The notes: generated by a model from the sequence alone, not told the origin. DNA of 64,000 nucleotides from Anthoceros angustus (GCA_010909165.1 MU008160.1:62001-126000); one strand, 5' to 3'; numbered from the stretch's first letter, positions 1 to 14,344 are shown. Numbers and translations: made by a program.

Positions 1-2087
1 TTACCTTTAGAACAACCACTGCACCACCTCTATGTCTTTATTTCTTCATTACGGTATTACCTCTCTGTCCTTACTTTTTAACTATGGTGAATAAGCCCGA
101 TACCACTTCACGCCCGCAAGTGCGGCCTATCATACATGACACTTTTCAATTATAAAATAAGTACCACCTTTATGTCCTTGTTTTATGGCCCATCATACAT
201 GTCACTTTTCAATTATAAAATAAGCACCACCTCTATGTCCTTGTTTTTTCACTATGGTGAATAAGCACGGCACCACCTTCACGTCCACAAGTGCGGCCCA
301 TCATACATGATACTTTTCAATTGTAGATAAGTACCACTCTGGTTTTTTCTATTGTAGAACAAGCACGGCACCACAACACGACCTCCATTCTGTGCATATA
401 AATGTCACAATGCAATTGTCCGTGGATGGATCCTATGCACACTTGGTGATGGAAATATCATTGATATGCCATATGTTGGCATAATGCCAAAAATTTTAAA
501 GGTTGACTCTGGGTATCAACACCTGGAATGTTTTTGAAGGTCAAGTGGTTCAAACCAGTTTATAATGAAGATGCAAAGGATCGTCAAGGGCTTGAAGATA
601 GACACATCCTAATGCATATAGTGAACCCCAAATCTTTTGTATTCTCTACAAGAGTCAAGATGAACCCTTTACCCTTGTGTCACCAAACTAGTTTAGACTT
701 TTCTATGACAATCGATGGTTGCCTGGATTGGTGCATGAGGAAAATGATTTTTTAGAAGGAATAAGTACATTTTGTTAGTGGTTCCAGCTTTTAATAGCTT
801 GTTCATGTAACCCATAAACTCTCTTTCACTTGATCTCTTGTAAAATGTTTGTTTAAAACCTTAAAGTTCCTTAGTTAAGAAAAAGAAAGTGTTGTAAAAG
901 GACGCAACATTGCACTAGAAAACTATGTCCCACGATTTACAACGTGGTTTAGAATTGAAACTTTTTACCGATACTTGTTATAAAATGAATAATTTTACAA
1001 CATCTATATTTTACAATGCAAGTTATAAGGAGAAAAGCTCCTAAAGAGTGTCACGTTGTCAAAATACCCCACATTGTAAAACATCAAACCCATGTTGTAA
1101 AGTATTAAACCCTATATAAAATAATACATGAGCTGAAAACCACGTTGTAAAACGAATAGACGATAAAACCCCGCCTCTAGTTTTGAAGTAGTAAGTGTTG
1201 AGTTTCCCAGCCATTAATGGCTGGGAGAACATGTGTAGCTAGCGGAGGTGACTCCCCATTCATCCCCTGCACCAACGCCAAGAAAAGATATTCGTGAGGC
1301 AAAGGGAGAAGGGTCGAGGGAGGTACATCTTCCCAAAGAATGTGGGAAATGAGGAGGGCCTCGTTAAAGATGACATCACAAGCAAAGACGAGACGTGAGA
1401 GTCCTTCAAGTATATCCGATAGGCCTTGACGCCTTGCCATAGCCGAGGAGAATGGCTTCCTTGGACTTGAATTGAGCTCGCCGCAAGGGCTTGAAGATAG
1501 ACACATCCTAATGCATATAGTGAACCCCAAATCTTTGTATTCTCTACAAGAGTCAAGATGAACCCTTTACCCTCAGGTCACTCAAACTAGTTTAGACTTT
1601 TCTATGACAATCGATGGTTGTCGGATTGGTGCATGAGGAAAATGATTTTTTAGAAGGAATAAGTACATTTTGTTAGTGGTTCCAGCTTTTAATAGCTTGT
1701 TCATGTAACCCATAAACTCTCTTTCGCTTGATCTCTTGTAAAATGGTTTAAAACCTTAAAGTTCCTTAGTTAAGAAAAAGAAAGTGTTGTAAAAGGACGC
1801 AACATTGCACTAGAAAACTATGTCCCACGATTTACAACGTGGTTTAGAATTGAAACTTTTTACCGATACTTGTTATAAAATGAATAATTTTACAACATCT
1901 ATATTTTACAATGTTATAAGGAGAAAAGCTCCTAAAGAGTGTCACGCTGTCAAAATACCCCACATTGTAAAACATCAAACCCATGTTGTAAAGTATTAAA
2001 CCCTATATAAAATAATACATGAGCTGAAAACCACGTTGTAAAACGACAGACGATAAAACCCCGCCTCTAGTTTTGAAGTAGTAAGTG
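1..2087 (+). mobile_element. CACTA/EnSpm-like transposon right-end remnant (DUF4216-like transposase tail plus subterminal repeats), internally duplicated
   Basis: ~440-740 reads across frameshifts as MPYVGIMPKILKVDSG..LKVKWFKPVY..GLKIDTS..IVNPK..DEPF, resembling the CACTA transposase C-terminal domain. Many GTTGTAAA/TTTACAA subterminal motifs at 835-1150. Imperfect terminus TTTTGAAGTAGTAAGTG at ~1181-1197 and ~2071-2087. Confidence 0.55.
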
Positions 2088-2089
2088 TT

Positions 2090-3110
2090 GAGTTTCCCAG
2101 CCATTAATGGCTGGGAGAACATGTGTAGCTAGCGGAGGTGCGGACTTCATTCATCCTCCTCGCACCAACGCCAAGAAAAGATATTCTTGCGGAGGCAAAG
2201 GGAGAAGGGTCGAGGGGAGGTACATCTTCCCCAGCAACAGGGGAAATGAGGAGGGGCTCCTCGTTAAAGATGACATCACAAGCAAAGACGAGACGTCGAG
2301 AGTCCTTCAAGTATATCCGATAGGCCTTGACGGTCTTGCCATAGCCGAGGAGAATGGCTTCCTTGGACTTGGAATTGAGCTTCTGCCGCAAGGCCAAAGC
2401 AAGGTAGCCGCAAATACGGAGATGACTAAGGTCAGGCTTATGGGCAGTCCATGCTTCACAAGGGGTCTTCCCGTCAACAACCTTAGTGGGCGCGATTGAG
2501 AAGATAACTAGCTGTATTCAAAGCCTCAGCCCAAAAACGGTTAGAAAGAGAAGCATGGTGCAACATAGATCGGCCCATCTCCACTTGAGTGCGGTGGCTG
2601 CCGAACCTCGCTCGCCGGGGTATAAGGCACAATAGTTTTGACAGATGATCCCATATAGCGAAGGAGTGCCAAAAGTGGAGTTGAACTCCCCATCGCTCCA
2701 AGGATCTAGAGCTTGCGATCGTTGAATTTCCACCTCTAATTGCCAAGAGACAAAGCTGGAGAAAGTGTCGGACTTGGGCAACAAAAAATATACCCAACAA
2801 TGAAGCCAACTTGGTAGAGAGACCCCTGGAGAGAGGGTGTTTGCATAGGGCCTAGCAAATCGGTGTGGACTAGACCAAGGGGGTGAGGTCTTCTATGGGA
2901 GCCGACAGGGAACGGCTTACACTACTGCTTGCCAAAAGCACAGCTGCAACAAAAGAAAAGATTTTAGATAGATTTGAGAGGGACACCCAAAATGTAACCA
3001 TCTTGAGCCAAAGCCTTCATCCGTTGTATCCCGGCATGATCCAGCCTAAGGTGCCATAGATCTGCTAATGGGGAGGACACCAAGGTGAGAAGGAGGAGGT
3101 GAGTGCCCAC
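2090..3110 (-). mobile_element. Ty1/copia GAG-pre-integrase, integrase core and SH3 remnant
   Basis: Across frames: LVHTDLLGPMQTPSL, KSDTFSSF, EFNST, RSMLHHASLSNRFWAEALNTASYLLNR, KLNSKSKEAILLGYGKTVKAYRIYLKDSRRLVFACDVIFNE. Confidence 0.9.
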
Positions 3111-3728
3111 GCCCTCCCCAACCGCTCAAAGCCCAAGGGGCGCACCAGGCGCATAGTTGGAACCGCCTTGTCACTTAAGTGGGAACGGCGGTGACCCCCC
3201 GATGGAAAGCCGACGGGCCACTGATTCGCCGAACCGGCAGCGACCGGGTGCCCAACTTAGGGCACCGTCGGCGCCGGTTCGCCACCGCGCGTCGCCATTC
3301 GGCGTTTGTTTTGCCACCGGCGTTTGCCGCCATCGCGGCGCCGGTTCGCCACCGCGCCGGTTCGCCACCATGCGCCGACCGCTTACGCCGGTGACGGCGC
3401 GGCATGGATGCGGCGGCATGTGCTCCACGCCCGGAGATGGGCGCCAGCCCACGCTTGCGCGACACACAAACACCAGAATCCACCAAAGCCTATGAAAATG
3501 CGTTGGTCCGCGAGGTTAAAATCACTTGGTGCGCCAAAGATTTAATGGAGAATGTGGCGTCGACTCAATTGATCCTCGAACGATCCATGCTCCGATATCG
3601 GGGATAATTGCGGAAGACTTGGATCTTGACTTGGTGGCTCCTTCTCCTCCTCGCATAAGAGGTATCTCACCCCCCGATTCACCTCCCCAGATGGACCTCC
3701 GACTTGGCACTCGACTAGAGAGTGGACC

Positions 3729-4920
3729 TTAGTGGGCGCGATTGAGAAGATAACTATCAGATTCAAAGCCTCACCCAAAACGGTTAGAAAGAGAAGCATG
3801 GTGCAACATAGATCGCCCATCTCCACTTGAGTGCGGTGGCGCGCCAAGAACCTCGCTCGCTGGGGTATAAGGCACAATAGTTTGGATGATGATCCCATAT
3901 AGCCGGAAGGAGTGCCAAAAGTGGAGTTGAACTCCCCGCCATCGCCTCCGAAGGATCTAGAGCTTGCGATCGTTGAATTTCCACCCCTAATTGCCAAGAG
4001 ACAAAGCTGGAGAAAGTGTCGGACTTGGGCAACAAAAATATACCCAACAATGAAGCCAACTTGGTAGAGAGAGACCGGAGAGAGGGTGTCATAGGGCCTA
4101 GCAAATCGGTGTGGACTAGACCAAGGGGTGAGGTCTTCTATGGGAGCCGACAGGAACGGCTTACACTCATCGCACAAAAGAGCTGCAACAAAAGAAAAGA
4201 TTTTAGATAGATTTGAGAGGGACACCCAAAATGTAACCATCTTGAGCCAAAGCCTTCATCCGTTGTATCCCGGCATGATCCAAAGGTGCCATAGATCGCT
4301 AATGGGGAGGACACCAAGGTGAGAAGGAGGAGGTGAGTGCCCACGCCTCCCCAACCGCTCAAAGCCCAAGAAGGCGCGCCATCGACACGTTTGGAACCGC
4401 CTTGTCACTTAAGTGGGAACGGCGGTGACCCTACCGATGGAAAGCCGACGGGCCACTGACCGCCCCGCGAACCGGGTAAAATCTGCCCAACTTAGGCCCG
4501 TGGCCGTTCGCCACTGCGGCCGGTCACGCCACCGCGCTGGTTTGCCACCGGCGGCCGGCCGCCATCGGGCGCCGGTTACACCGTATCGCCACCATGCTAC
4601 CGCACATCATACCGAATGACGGGCATGGATGCGTGCGCGCATGTGCTCCACGCCCGGAGATGGGCGCCAGCCCACGCGCCATACACAAACACCAGCGAAT
4701 CCACCAAAGCCTATGAAAATGCTGGTCCGTCATGAGGTTAAAATCACTTGGTGCGCCAAAGATTTAATGGAGAATGTGGCGTCCGACCAATTGATCCTCG
4801 AACGATCCATGCTCCAAAGATATCGGGGATAATTGCGGAAGACTTGGATCTTGACTTCGGCTCCTTCTCCTCCGCATAAGAGGTATCTCACCCCGATTCA
4901 CCTCCCCAGATGGACCTCCA
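3729..4920. repeat. Tandem duplication (~1.2 kb) of 2482-3728: integrase fragment, GC-rich insert and linker
   Basis: Near-identical sequence restarts at CCTTAGTGGGCGCGATTGAG (~3727 vs ~2481). Confidence 0.85.
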
Positions 4921-6346
4921 AAGACTCGGCACTGACTAGAGAGTGGACCTCAGAAGGCACTTGAGAACCTTGAACAAACTCGGACTTCTAATAGACAGCG
5001 GTGGCCACATCTAGTCTTGTTTTGCATTCTACCTTAGAAATATTGGAGCCTACCACACTGCATGCTTTGTCGGGCCACAAACAGCCAAATGAAAGAAGGC
5101 CGTTGATGATGAGTTTCCGTCATTGCAAGATAACAAGATATGGCATCTCGCGATTTGCCACCCTCCGGCAGCCGGGCGCAAGTGGACTTTCAAGATCAAG
5201 TACACAGCCGACAAAGACCATTGACCATATAAGGCAAGATTTGTGCCACAAGGTTACACTCAACACGCAGGGACGACTATGATGCATAATCATTTCTCCC
5301 ATATCGTCTGCACTAGTTCACTACGTGTTGTTCTTGCTTGTGCTACTTTTCATGATTGGGAGGTGGTGCTTGATGTCAAGACGATTTCTATATGGGAAGG
5401 TGCAAGAGGAGATATACATGCGCCAACCAAGGTTATGAGGAAAAGAAAGTGAAAATCTCGTGTGTTTGTGCATGACATTTATGGCCTCAAGCAATCAGCT
5501 CGTAATAGGAATGTCACGTGACGACTTCCTCTTGCAATTGGCATGTGGATTCTCCAAGTGCCCATCCGACGGTAATGCGTACGTTCTCTGGTCGGGGGAT
5601 GCTCTTGTTATCCTCACCTTATACATGGATGACTGAATCCTTGCTAGCCATGATGAGCAAGGGTTGCTCGCTAAGACCATCATCATGCTCAAGTCTAAAT
5701 TCAGCATGGTTGACTTGGGTAATATTCATTATTGCATTGGGATGAAGGTCACTCGTGACCGCGCACTTAGAACCTTGCATCTCACTCAAATGCGATATTA
5801 AGGACACACTAACTCGCTAATATGCTACAATGCAACCAGCACCTACCCGCTGCCGGGGCACCCTTGTCCTCCGACAGGTCCAAGACCGATACAGTAAGTA
5901 CATGGAGGCCATCCCCATCAAGAAGCTACGCATTAATTAGATTTGCACCATTATCCGTCCGATATCGGGCATGCGCTCGTGTACTTGGCAAAACCTATGA
6001 CATACATTGGTCCCTTAAGCACACTTTGCGCTACCTTAAGAGGACTATATGACGGACTCAAATACCATGGATCTCATGCGGAAATGCAACTCACCTCCTT
6101 CCTCAACTTTCAGCCTATATCGGCGTGGATTGGGGAGAGCGTGGACTCAAGAAATCCACATCAAGATATGTTGGCCATGCGCATGAGGATGTTGAAGATA
6201 GCCCTCCACTAATCGACAAGGTTCATAACCTCGACGACACTCCCAAAGAAGATTGGTTTTGTGCACAATGCGCTACATGAGGTGCGCGACGTGTAGTCCT
6301 ATTAATGATAATGTTTTGACTAAGAGTCTCGCATTATCAGAGGGGA
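4900..6346 (+). mobile_element. Ty1/copia reverse transcriptase and degenerate RNase H remnant
   Basis: EPTT, KWTFKIK, KARFVPQGYTQ, LDVKT, YGLKQS, LTLYMDD, KSKFSMVDLGNIHYCIGMKVTRDR, LRYLKRT, NVLTKSL, followed by the purine tract AGAGGGGA. Confidence 0.9.
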
Positions 6347-9228
6347 TTGGTTTGCACCTATATTTGCATATTAGATTTGTTTTGCTTGGTCGCCCTGCTC
6401 GAAGTGCTTATATGAATGCAAGTGCTTACACTAATCTTGCATGGGTTTAGTACCTGATTAGCATTAATTAATCCAATTACTTATCTTTAAGTAATCGATT
6501 TATTAATCTAAAATATTTATGTTTATTAAGCATTGATTAGTGTTAATTAAACATGGTTAGCAATAACTAAGTGGATATGCACAAATAATATGCTTTAGCA
6601 TATTCCTTGCCTATTACAATGTATTCTTAGGATATTAGATATCATGCCACAGGATATCTCAAGAATATGCCGGCAAAGGGCTGTATATGTGACCATTTCA
6701 CAGAGGACAAGCTCGTTCATAACTTGTCTTCTAGATATGGAGTACAAGAGTGTTGTGAGGAGGCCAAAGCTATGACTCAGAGGGATGTGTGAGGAATTTG
6801 CATGTTGTTCTCGCATGGAGAGTGTGTTTGTGCCATGACGCAAGGCACTCCTTCTATTGTTATTGGTTTGCACCTATATTTGCATATTAAAATTTGTTTT
6901 GCTTGGTTGTCTGTTGAGGAAGTGCTCATATGAAAGCAAGTGCTTACTTCGTGTGATATTACTTTCATAGTGTAAATGATAATGCTAAATGTTTATAGGA
7001 TGATCTTTATGGTCATTTTCTTGTTTGGGGTATATTTATTGGGATTCCGAGCTAGTCTTGATCAAGAAGCTAATACAAGCCATGAAGATACAGAGCGCAG
7101 ACATGGCCATCTCGGCCTCTCAGGTGTTAAACGTTGCTAGGATCAAACCGAACGGGCAGGAACCAAGTAGCGTACCTCTTCCGTGAATAAGAAAATTAAA
7201 TAGTTATAGCTATATTCTTAGAAAAATAGACTATATGCTCGAAATAGATTATTTATAGATAAATTAAATAGTATTCTTAATAAATAGGACAAATAAAGTA
7301 AAATAAGATAAGTGCAGAGAAATGAGCGGGTAACATCCAACCAACCTACCCACCAAAATTGAACGGTCAAACGCCTAACCAACGCAAATACCTAACCAAC
7401 CCAAACACCGATAGAAACAAACACCAGACGCCTTCTTGGCTTGGACCAAGAGACCATGTACCAAGGATAGAGAAGTAAACGAGGTCCAATTCCTATGCTA
7501 CAAAATTCTGAAACGCGCCGTAGCAAAGACAATTTCAAATTTTTCCTGGTTCAAAAATCAGCATTTACTCAGCGAACATTTTTCGATGATGATAACTTTT
7601 CTTTGTTCATACATATTGCTTTACTATTCTTTTAAAACCTAACGTACTTGTAGACTACCGGACCCCGAGCAGTAGAAATTAATTGATTGGGCATTAATTA
7701 ATTAAAATTAGTAGAAATTAAAAATCCAGAAATTATTATACTTAAAATGCTGAATATGTAAAAATTTATGAGTTTAAGATCTGAAAACAAGGAAACTAGG
7801 GTTTTGTGAAAAATTAGGGCTGTTTAGGGAGGTCTATACATATCCATTAGTTCTATATATGTAGATACCTATGTATTTAATAAAATTTTGAAATTTGATT
7901 AAAATTATTTTCACAAATATTAAAATTTTCAAAATATGAATATTTATGTTTAATCTTATTTTTCAAAATTAAATATTTGGCGATATCCTGTTGAACCATC
8001 CTGTATGATACTAGGATTGGTATTTTTCCTCTCTTAGAAAGTAGTGGTACTACTTGACAAAAGCTAGATGGGTTACCACGAAGATCTGGGCGGTTGGAGA
8101 TGAGATTGTATGGAAGGAAGGGTTGAACTATGGAAAGCACATTCATATGTGTCTTGCATCAAACTCCAATGACGGATCAGGACCTATTGATCAAAATATT
8201 TGTAATCAATCATATGTGTGGTCCAATGCAAACTTGATTATTTCTATGCCCACTTGTTCATGTATCTTTGGAGATAAGGACGAAAGTACCGGAGCTAAGA
8301 CAATGTACATTTATGATCCACCCAAAGTTTAGGTGGATTCTTTTCTTTTTAAGTTAACTCTAGAATGACGAGGGGCTTTCCGCCATGTTTTTGCTCAAAT
8401 ATTAATTGTATTTTTGGAGGGCATGTTAATTTTTAATTTTTCTACTAATATTATAATTACGAGCGATGTCATTGGCTTCAAAATGTACCACAAATATGAG
8501 GCAGATAAGTGCCGGTTCTAAGTAACCCTACATGAACTCATCTATCGGAATCTCGAGGCATAGGTTGGATTTTGAGGTATTTATTTTAAAATTGTTTTTA
8601 AAACATGATATCGAAGGACCATGTGATCGGAATATATGCTCAAGGTCTGTAAGTTCAAAATATAAGTGAACATAAATGTATGGAGTGATATGTATCAAAG
8701 GCTCGTTTTGAGTAGATTAATATTCTGGATTAAAATGAAATATATTAACATATTTAATAAAATTATTATTTCGTGGATCTCGTCTTCTTGAGCCTTAATT
8801 GAGACGTTGTAGTTTCCTTTGTGGAGTCGTCAGGTCAATCAACTCTAACAGCTGTCATTGTTAGAGTCGATCGAGTAAGAAAGCTACCAGGTTCCGAAGA
8901 GAGAGCGCGATAGGGATCTTTTGTAGAAGATCCTCAAACGACGTACCCAATCCAAGAGGTGTGAACGGACACCACGAATCGTGAGGGAGAGAATGAAAGA
9001 AAGAAATTAGAATTACAGGAGCAGAAAGATGCTAACAAAACGGCCTGATGCTACTTATCAGCAGCTGCCCAGAGTGTGTGCGCAAGACATGACGGCAGCC
9101 AGCTGAAGCCTGCACTGTAGAGTGTAGAGGACATCTATTCCTATGACCTATCAATGTGGGTAGAGGATATCTATGAGCATGACTTATCATCGTGGGTAGA
9201 GATATCATCTACATATTCCAAAGACTTA

Positions 9229-9935
9229 TCAATGTGGGTAGAAGGCCTCCTGCTTCTTCTCGAGGGCCTTTACATGCTTGGCATTGATGCCAAACGTTTG
9301 TGACAAAACATCCACAGGAATGCCGAGGTGAAGAGGGCAGGGCGAAGTTGGAAGCCGGAGAGTACTGCGTGTTGAGAGCTGAGATGACCCAGGACGCACC
9401 ATCTGCTAAATTCTTCATGAAGATCAAGGATCCCCTCAGGAACACGAACACTTCACCCTGCTTCAGAACAGTGCTGTAGAGCTTGTTGGCTTGGGACGGC
9501 ACGAATCCCACCTCCAGCTCGCCTTCCACCAGGTAGATGATCTCAGTGGCCCTGGCGTGGTGGTGCGGCGGGTTGAGCCCACCCTTAGCGAAGTCGATCC
9601 TCTGCAAAGCGATGCCGAGGGTGTTCAGCCCAGGGAACACGTTCACGAATCCGCTGGTGACCACTGCTCCAAGAGGGTGCTTGCTGGTGTCGCCGGTGTA
9701 ACCAGGCCGGAGAACTTGAAGTCCTCGGCAGTCGTGTCGGCCACGGACTTGCAAGGGAATCCATTGATGTGGGGGTTTGGATTGCTAGTGTCCTTGGCGA
9801 CGCAGAAATCCTGCAACGGGTCGGCGTCGTTCGCCAGGATGAAGCCAGCGCAGACGCAAGGAACAAGAGCACAGCGGCTGCCACCATCACCGTGACCTGC
9901 ACCCCTGTTCCTGATTGCTTCGTGTGTGCCGCCAT
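9229..9935 (-). CDS. Germin-like protein (GLP-a), intronless, with apparent small frameshifts
   Basis: Signal peptide, DADPLQDFCVA, FPGLNTLGIALQRIDFAKGGLNPPHHHARATE, GEVFVF..GSLIFMKN, ending FYPH*. Split over ORFs 9643-10044 and 9209-9754. Confidence 0.88.
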
Positions 9936-11732
9936 CTCCAAAGGCCTTAGAACCTTCCACAGCTGCCTTGCAAAACGGGTATACGCAATAGGCTGACGAA
10001 GAGCCCAACAAATGAACTGTGGAGAGCGTCTGACAGGCCTTCAACGTGATTGAGCACTACTCCACTTCGATTGAAAGTGCGATTGCTGTTGCTGATGAGA
10101 CCGGAAAGACAGAAGTTGTGAGCAAGCCTGAATGTGTGAAGCAGCTAAAGCTTGTTGACATGCTCGGCTCTGGCTACCTGCTTTATAGTGGCCCCATTTG
10201 CTCAAAGACGCGTCTGCAGTTGCCGTCAACGTCCCAGCCTCCAGGTGCTTCACTAAAGAACTCATATCTTCAACGACTTGCGCCAGCTGCTGATTCAAGC
10301 TGGACACGCCATCTTTCCGACATTTGACTCCTCCAGGATGCATGCTACTCCCAGGCCCAACGGGCCCACAGTCCCACCTGGGGCCTACTATGCACGCAAC
10401 GAAGGACTGGTGTCAGCATCCCACGGAGAGCCTGACAGGACATACAGCACACGAATCCGGTAACTGCAATTGTTTAGTAGAGACTAGAGCCGTAATCATG
10501 TTGGCAACATCATATCCACATAGCTACAGGCTACAACCCGTCGTTGAGAGTAGAGACTTTATTATGAAAAAAAGATTGGAAAAACCCATCCACCCGAGAC
10601 AAAGGAAACAACCCTTAGGAGAGTACAAGACCATAGCACTAACCCCCGTTGTGGCCGATCTTGTAGCTACCGACCGCGCCAAGAATATCAAAATCGGGGA
10701 TAGGAATCTTCAAGATGTACATGTTTCAGCTTCATTGTGCAAGCTTGCCTCCCATTGGCAACGATATCGCATGCATTCAGCTATTGGAAGCAGCCAATTG
10801 AAGACCCTTGTTACATGTGTGAAGTTGACCCATTTCATACGATATCTGCATCCGGTGCTGAAATTCCGACCAGATGCGGTATCCTCGTCGAATGCCCCAG
10901 ATTCTACTAATCTGATGACTTTTGCATCGAAGGTGGATTGGCTCCATCCCGCATCCACTCTACCCATAGAAGGTTTGTGGCTACAGGCTACAGCTGCCCG
11001 CAGGAAGCATCCTTGGTGTTACAACGCGAAGGTGTGCAGGAAGCTGCCTGAGGTCACGAATGTCGTGTATTTGACTCCTTGCATTATTTTGCATAATTTT
11101 GAAAGTCTGCTGCCAATGCGTACCCGATCATAAACGACAACAAACAAGGTGGCCTCCGCTAACGTGTGTGGAGAGTGTCTTTCCTTTCTTAAGAATCGGC
11201 TGTTCTTGCACATCTCTTGGTCATGTGATCACATGTGAACCATTCCTAGATTGTTTGGCTACTATGCCTAGTTTTGTTTGTAGTGGAACTTTACGGAAGG
11301 ATCTGAGTACGGTTGTGATGAGAAGCCGTTCCAGAATACCAAATCATGAGATGCTTGGTGTATACTGCTTGCTTCCAGGAGGCCATGTGCAAGGTAGTTA
11401 TAGTACATGGAAAGAACATGATGTGCAAAAGCGCTGGAATTGCAGTACTGCACGGGTAGGTTGACAACTGGTACATTTGCGCTGAGAGAGTCCTGTACCG
11501 GTGGAGACCGAACGAGGCTTTGGATGCGTGTGCCATCGACGCAACTTGATACACCAAATTGAAGAATTGGAAATCATATTTGTATTGGAACGATGAGCCA
11601 CAACGACATCCATTGCTCTCACGAGGAGCTCGGTAGAATTCACTAGAGAACGACATCCACACATTTGCCGCAGCTTCCTACAAGCCTCAGGACGTGCACA
11701 GAGTATCGAAAAACATGTTACAGATAGCTATA

Positions 11733-12420
11733 TCAATGTGGGTAGAAGGCCTCCTGTGTCTTCTCGAGGGACTTCACGTACTTGGCACCCACGCCAAACG
11801 TTTGTGACAGAACATCCACAGGGATGCCTGAGGTGAAGAGGGCTGGGGCGAAGTTGGAAGCCGGAGAGTACTGCGTGTTGAGAGCTGAGATGACCCAGGA
11901 CGCACCATCTGCTAAATTCTTCATGAAGATCAAGGAACCCCTTGGGAACACAAACACCTCACCCTTCTTCAGCACGGTGGTGTAGAGCTTGTAGGCTTGG
12001 GACGGCACGAACCCCACCTCCAGCTCGCCTTCCACCAGGTAGATGATCTCCGTGGCCCTGGCGTGGTGGTGCGGTGGGTTGAGCCCACCCTTAGCGAAGT
12101 CGATCCGCTGTAAAGCGATGCCGAGCGTGTTGAGCCCCGGGAATACGTTCACGAATCCGCTGGTGACAACTGCTCCAAGAGGGTGCTTGCTGGTGTCGCC
12201 GGGTGTAACCAGGCCGGAGAACTTGAAGTCCTCGGCAGTCGTGTCGGCCACGGACTTGCACGGAATCCATTGATGTGGGGTTGGGGTTGCTGGTGTCCTT
12301 GGCGACGCAGAAATCCTGCAACGGGTCGGCGTCGTTCGCCAGGATGAAACCCGGCGTAGAAGCAAGGAAGCAGAGCACAGCAGCTGCCGCCACCACCGTG
12401 ATCTGGACCCTCGTTGCCAT
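11733..12420 (-). CDS. Germin-like protein (GLP-b), frameshifted near 12270-12290
   Basis: MATRVQITVVAAAAVLCFLASTPGFILANDADPLQDFCVA joined to ORF 11733-12467, which carries both germin boxes. Confidence 0.9.
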
Positions 12421-13419
12421 CTCCAACCTTGCTGGTGGAGAAACAAGTTCCAACTCTGCAAGTTCACGTCCGAATTCTAAGCTGGTGAAAGCGATGTGTG
12501 CAATCCACACCACTCACACCCACCAATTCCTCCGACTAAATGAAAGCCGATGGGCACTTCTACTGATGCAGGCCGTCAGCCTTGGCAGTGAAGATGTGAA
12601 CTGCAACCTTCTGGTGTCGATCAAAGGCAGATGTTGCCCAGCTCGATTGAAAGAAAGAAGAATATTTGCTGAGAACTGCTGAGAACTCCTGATGAGATAG
12701 ATGAGATATGGAGATCAGGAGGCAGCCTGCAGCTATATATGTGATCATGGCCCTCAGGAGCGTTTGGAGCGTTTGAACTTTGCAGACTCTGCACATGAGG
12801 TCAACTGAGTGCGGAAGGCACTCACTGCATCGTCATCGTTGCGCCGGCCTCTGTCAACGACTGGAGTCAAGCCTGACATGTCTTCAAGACTGACTAGTTT
12901 AATAAAACCACAGGCGGCGCAAGGCAGAGCCCACCTCCACCATGACCGACAAGAAGAGCCATAAAAATTCATCAGAGGAGTATGAACAGTACTGTACACT
13001 GCGTATACGTCAGCATCCTACTGATCTGACATAGATCTGCATTCCCATTACCCTAACGAATTCATAACCAAGTGATCAGATCCGCTTTGAGGCATTAGAA
13101 GATCCATCCATGAATCTACTTGCAAGCACGTGATCACCGACTGCAAGTGGCTGGATACGTCTACTTATAGCCCGAATCATACGACATCAAGAGGCTAGAG
13201 CCTGCCTGTAGTAAATTATGATTTCTGGTCTCATGAGATTTCAGGCAGCTCGGGATCGATCATGATTCTCCTGATCAGATCTACTGTGTATACCCATGAT
13301 GCATACAATGTAATGTATGTAAGCTTTCAAATGTAATACATGAAGCATGAAGCTGTGGAGGAAGCAGCGCCGTTGAATTGATGCTATTGGGGGTCATTCC
13401 TGGTCGCGCACATCACCTG

Positions 13420-13745
13420 CATCCCGGGAACACGTTCACGAATCCGCTGGTGACCACGGCTCCCAGAGGATGCTTGCTGGTGTCGCCCGGCGTCTGGAGA
13501 CCCAGGAATTTGAAGTCCTCGGCTGTGGTGTCGGACTCCGGCTTGCACGCGTAGCCGTTCACATTGGGGCTGGGGTCGGTGGTGTCCAGAGCCACGCACA
13601 AGTCCTGTAGTGGGTCGGAATCGGCAGCGAAAGTGACGCCCGGGGCGCCCGACATGAAAAGCAGAGCGTGCGCTGTCATGATCATGACGAGCAGCTGGAG
13701 CTTCGTGCTTGCTGATCCGGATCGGGATCGCCTCATGTAAGCCAT
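13420..13745 (-). pseudogene. 3'-truncated germin-like protein (GLP-c, copy 1)
   Basis: Matches the 5' half of 46937-47659 up to VNVFPG, then joins sequence matching ~46063 (deletion of ~1.27 kb). Confidence 0.85.
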
Positions 13746-14344
13746 GATTTCAGCCTTCAGGACGTGCCCTGCTCAGATCAGGTCAGCTTGTGACAAGGCC
13801 AGCTCGGTGCAGTCTCGATCTGGGATGGGTGATGCTGCAGCAGTCTAGGAAGTCCTCAATGACAACAGCCTTGAGAAGCAGGATTGTCAGAAGTAGATGG
13901 AACACATCGTAGGCATGTATGGATTTATACCACCCCACAGTCCACACGGCTTACACCTTTTCACGACTGGTCGTGTTTGTGCACAGCTTTCGAGCCCAAG
14001 ATCCTCAGCAAATCCACAAGATTTGAGGAACCAATCGACTGGCTGATACTAAAAGTCTGCTCTCCGATAGTCGAGCATTTCGGTGCATACGTTGTGCATA
14101 TGAGCCGCTGCCTGATATCTCTCTATCGGCAGATAATGGTACAGGTAGCTGAGATTGGTGATGGCATTTGTCTTGAATGCACCGCCAGGATGGGCCGGCC
14201 GACTATTGCTGAAAGCCTTGGGCGAAGAGCGATTGGTACTTTGGTTGATGCTAGCACTTTCTTCTTCGCAGTGTTTTTTTGGGGCCAAGGTAACCGGTTG
14301 CATCAACAAGGAAATCACAGCCAGAAACCCGGGCTTTGGGGCTG

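Noticed and set aside
6347-6960. Copia 3' LTR after the purine tract
   Set aside because: A TG start is plausible, but there is no matching 5' LTR or clear CA end in the window, and the first ~85 bp recur at ~6863, so the boundaries cannot be supported.
10324-11133. 269-aa ORF (311 aa at 42944-43879) between GLP-a and GLP-b
   Set aside because: Non-ATG start, no recognisable motifs, frame differs between the copies in the middle, and it lies in the GLP upstream region. Conservation reflects the recent duplication only.
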